NCBI GenBank assembly: GCA_030390025.1
Contig: JASTWF010000356.1
Coordinates: forward strand, 62,001 to 126,000
DNA length: 64,000 bases
Direction: 5' to 3'
DNA from: Squalus acanthias
Lineage: Eukaryota
The position numbers and the translations under genes are program-made. Below the pieces are notes generated by a model that saw only the letters and a list, made by a program, of their open reading frames with translations, searched no databases and was not told the DNA's origin. This document shows, piece after piece, positions 60,290-64,000 of the stretch. Each line of letters opens with the position of its first letter. Within the stretch, counting starts at the first letter, position 1.

Positions 60290-63200
60290 AATACAGAGCG
60301 GTCTGCACAGAGCGGGTTTAAAACGGAGTGCACTTATACAGGTTGTTTTATTTGGGAATTTGGAAAGTGTGGGAATTTCTGACATGTATTGGGTAAGTAG
60401 TAGATGTAAAAAGTCACATTTAGTTGAACATTTTGATTTGAATCTAGAACTTTACAAACTGTAGTTAACAGAAGCTGCCTGCCAGTGGCAGTTCACTGTC
60501 AATCAGCTGTCCGTGTTTGTCTTGAACAGGCGCTAATCACCAGGAGCAGGTGAGCTGAGTCAACACTTGTAAATTGGGTCAGGCTCCTAGATTTTAAGTG
60601 TGTAAGAGTAAATAGGTCTGCAGAAGACAGAGCCGTCTGCACAGAGCGGGCTTAAAACGGAGTGTACTTAAAAAGAGTGCTTTATTTGGGCATTTGGATA
60701 GAGTTGGAATTCGGTGAAGAGGGCGATTGAGTTGCTGCTTTTCGCCTACGCTACTTGTAGTGCTTTGTGTTACGGGTAGATATTTAAGTTCAGTACCCAT
60801 AACTTAATCTTGATCAAGTAAGTAGTCAAGAATCTACACTAATGATTAAGTTATCTAATTAATGTAATTAAATGAAATAAAACAAGTTCAGACTGGGATG
60901 GCAGTGCAGGTGGTGCGCCACAACTGCAGCATGTGGGAGTTTGTGAGGAATATCGTGATCACGGAAAACCACTTTTGCAGTAAGTGCCTGTATCTTGCGG
61001 AACATCAGCTCGGAGATTTTGAGATGGAGTCTGAGGTGCAGACATTGCTGAGCATCAGGAATTGGGAGACTTACCTGGACACTTTGATCCAGGAGGCAGT
61101 CACACACCTTAGGTTAGGTAGTGGTACAGGTCTGGTTAGTGGTCAGCGACAGGAGGGTGTGACTGCAACACAGACAGGTTAGGGGCACCAAGGTGCAGGG
61201 CCGAAGGAGCCTCAGCCTTTTCCCTTGTCCAACAGGTATGATGTTCTTGCTGACTGTGAGGAAGAGGGAAAAGCCTGCAGGATGGATCAGCAAGCTGACC
61301 ATAGCACCATGGTGCAGGAGGCCAGTCAAGTGGGGGAATCAAAGGGAATGCAATTGGTGTAGGGGACAGTCTAGTCAGGGGGATAGAAACTGTTCTGAAG
61401 GTTGTGCTGTCTGCACTGTTCCCGGGTTCAAGGCATCTCTTCATGGCTGGAAGAGAACTTGGAGTGGGAGGGGAGGATCCATTTGTCGTGCTTCATGTTG
61501 GAACTAACAACATAGGTAATACGAGGAAGGAGGTTCTGCTGAGAGAGTTTGAGGAGCTAGGATCCAAATTGAAAAGCAGAACCTCAAAGGCAATAATCTC
61601 TTGATTGTAACCTGAGCCACGCACAAATTGGCATAGGGCAAACAGATTAGAGGTTTAAATGCTTGGCTCCAAGACTGGTGGGGGAGGAAGGGGTTTCAGT
61701 TCATGGAGCACTGGCAACAATACTGGAGAAAGAGTGATCTGTTCCGTTGGGACGGGCTCCACTTAACCTGTGCGTGGATCAGTGTCCTGTCGAACGGAAT
61801 ATCTAGGGAAGTAGACAGGGCTTGAAACAAATGATTGTGGGGGCGGTTTGTGGGAGGATTCAGGAAACAGTAAATTGAAAAGCAGCGTGAGAAATTATAA
61901 GGCTCCAGAGCAGAGTGGAGTTTTGGGTAAAAAGAAGCAGATTGCGTCAGGAAGGGACAGAGAGAGTAACAAAGGTAACAAGACATCAGTAAAAAATTAA
62001 ATAAGTCAAAGCTAAAGGCACTATATCTGAAAGCGTGAAGCATTCGCAACAAAATAAATACATTAATAGTGCAGATAGAAATTAATAGGTTTGAGCTAAT
62101 AGCCATTACGGAGATGTGGTTGCAATGTGACCAAGGTTGGGAACTAAATATTACATGATACGTAACTTTTAGTAGACAGAAGAAAAATGGAAAAGCATGG
62201 GGGTGTAGCCCTGATAATAAAGGATGGGATAAAGACAGTAGAGAGAAGGGGGGGGGGTAAAATTCGGTTGGGCCCCATTTGGGCGCTGCAACCGAATTAT
62301 TACCGGCGATATAGCACTAGGCGCCGAAGTACGCCTCGGCTACTAAATTCGGCTCATCACCCGGCGAGGAAGAGAAGCTCTATCTCGGGCTCTCCACTTC
62401 CTCTGAGGTAATGTCGGGGAAACAAAGCTAACGCGTTTCAGCGGCTCTCCCCTTTTTTTAAAGGGGAGGGATGCTGAGTGTTATTCAGGGGCTCCGATGG
62501 TCCGCGCTAGCCCACCAGGGTGACGTGGTGCCTTGGCTGCAGCCTGGCACCGAGATGCATCACGCCAAGGGATGCCACGGAGCTCTGGACTGGATGTCGG
62601 CAAAAAAATATAATTGCGGCGCTGCTCGCGGGCGCACCTCCCTTTAAATTGCGCTCAGTGAGCAGAGAGCGGGCCGGCTCACGATCCGCGAGGCTGGCGC
62701 TGACACCGCCAGCCGCAGCTTGCCGACCCACAGCAGCATTTCTGCCACGGAGTGGTAAGGGGTCTTGACGCACGGCGATGACGTCATCACCGGCAGCACA
62801 GCGGCTCCGTGCACTTCCTGTGGGGGCGCAGTGCTAACGGCTAGCGCCTCAGTTGCGCCCCGCCGAATTTTTCGGGAGGCACTATTAACGCCCTGCCCGG
62901 GATTCAGCATTTTGCGCCCCTTTCGTGGCACCTGGAAGCGCTAACGGCAGGCGCGAGGGAGCCGAATTTCGCGGCATTTAAAGGAACTTTGCTCCTAAAA
63001 TCAGGAAGGAGAATCAGTTTGGGTGGAGCTAAGAAATAGCAACGGCAGAACACATTGGTGGGAGTTGTTTATAGGCCACAATACCGTATTTGATTTGAAG
63101 GGCAGAGTATCAATCAGGAAATTAGAGGCACATGTAGCAAGCGTGATACAATAATCATGGCGGAATTTAGCTTCATATAGCCTGAAGAAATAAATTAGAA

Positions 63201-63367
63201 GTAAAATTTTGGAGGACGATTTCATGGAATGCTTGCAAGATAGCTTTCTAGAACAGTATGTTGAGAAACCTAATAGGAAACAGGTTATTTTAGATCTAGT
63301 ATTGTGCAATGAGGGATTAATTAATGACCTTGTTGTAAAGGGGCATTTAGAGAAGAGTGACCATAAT
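60290..63367 (+). mobile_element. CR1 LINE 5' half (5'UTR, ORF1 esterase, ORF2 endonuclease), interrupted by MITEs
   Basis: ENHFCSKC, HVGTNN, DGLHL, ITEMWL, GGVALIIK, ILDLVLCN, KSDHN. Confidence 0.85.
62250..62975. mobile_element. GC-rich MITE inserted in the CR1 endonuclease
   Basis: TIR-like ggggtaaaattcgg / ccgaatttcgcggc; CR1 sequence is colinear on both sides. Confidence 0.65.
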
Positions 63368-64000
63368 GGCCCAGAAATTGATCTCGCTCTGTTCCCGCGG
63401 GGGTAAGCCTTCCCCGCGATGTCTCACCTCGCTTATGCTTTTTCTGATCCAGCTCGCACGAACTTGATGTTCCAGACATCAGCTGTGCTGGGCTTGCGTA
63501 TCCCAGCGGCGTAGTTAATTCGTGCGAGCTGTGGGATCACGTGACTCAGTTAGAGCCAATGGCAGCACACCATCTTCCATTCATAAGTCTCACAGCATGG
63601 CTGTGAGACTTATGAATCTTACACCCCCCCAAAATAACAGCTAAACCTCAATTAAATTTAAAAAAAAACCCATCACATTAATAATATAAGTATAGTTAAT
63701 TAAATTAACCATTTTAAATAAAAAATTAAATTTTTGAAAAAATTTAAAATCTTTTAAAAAGTTATAAAAATAAACTTACCTGTCTTTAAAGTCTATAAAA
63801 AAGATATACCTGTAAAAAAAAATTCAAAAAAATACTTAATTCACTACTTACCTTCTTAAAAACGGGTCTTACTCCTCCTTTTTACATTTCCAAAATCTTC
63901 CCTACTTACCTGCGCGTCCAAAGCATGAAGTGCACAGCGTGCGCGTAGCCTGTAGCGCACACGCGATGCACCCAGGCCCCGCCCCCTTTTCGGAAGAGCA
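63368..64000. mobile_element. Non-autonomous Harbinger derivative, runs off the window end
   Basis: The first 40 bp (ggcccagaaattgatctcgctctgttcccgcgggggtaag) nearly match the Harbinger left end at 20720; the distal part matches 37025-37120. Confidence 0.85.

Noticed and set aside
62250..62975. GC-rich blocks (also 50869-51670) as bacterial contamination or horizontal transfer
   Set aside because: No credible coding content; TIR-like ends and clean interruption of host sequence fit MITEs better.

Overview
Repeat-rich vertebrate genomic DNA, most consistent with a cartilaginous fish (shark). This is inferred from the CR1/L2/Penelope/DeuSINE content and the two-exon GPR139-like GPCRs. The host genes are two convergent paralogous class A GPCRs. 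Gene A is on + (exon 1 5333-5399, exon 2 27111-27937) and has a nonsense codon just after TM7. Gene B is on - (exon 1 54950-54884, exon 2 50793-49889) and is open but altered at two conserved positions. The ORF track misses both first exons. The two genes share promoter and 3'UTR sequence, and the same 18-bp satellite family lies next to exon 1 of each. A young full-length Gypsy LTR retrotransposon (412-4894, CGTAA TSD, 1315-aa gag-pol) sits upstream of gene A. It has no tRNA primer-binding site but carries an 11-nt LTR-complementary sequence there. The 21.7-kb intron of gene A holds a complete PIF/Harbinger transposon (20720-25204; transposase plus three-exon Myb/SANT gene, each one base out of frame) and a triple-nested LINE stack. 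The rest is Harbinger-type MITEs, decayed LINEs, Penelope termini with hammerhead-like remnants, SINEs, a probable solo LTR and several minisatellites. I found no clearly new biological system. The best leads are possible self-priming of the Gypsy element and the satellite-associated GPCR duplication unit. Boundaries of decayed repeats are approximate.
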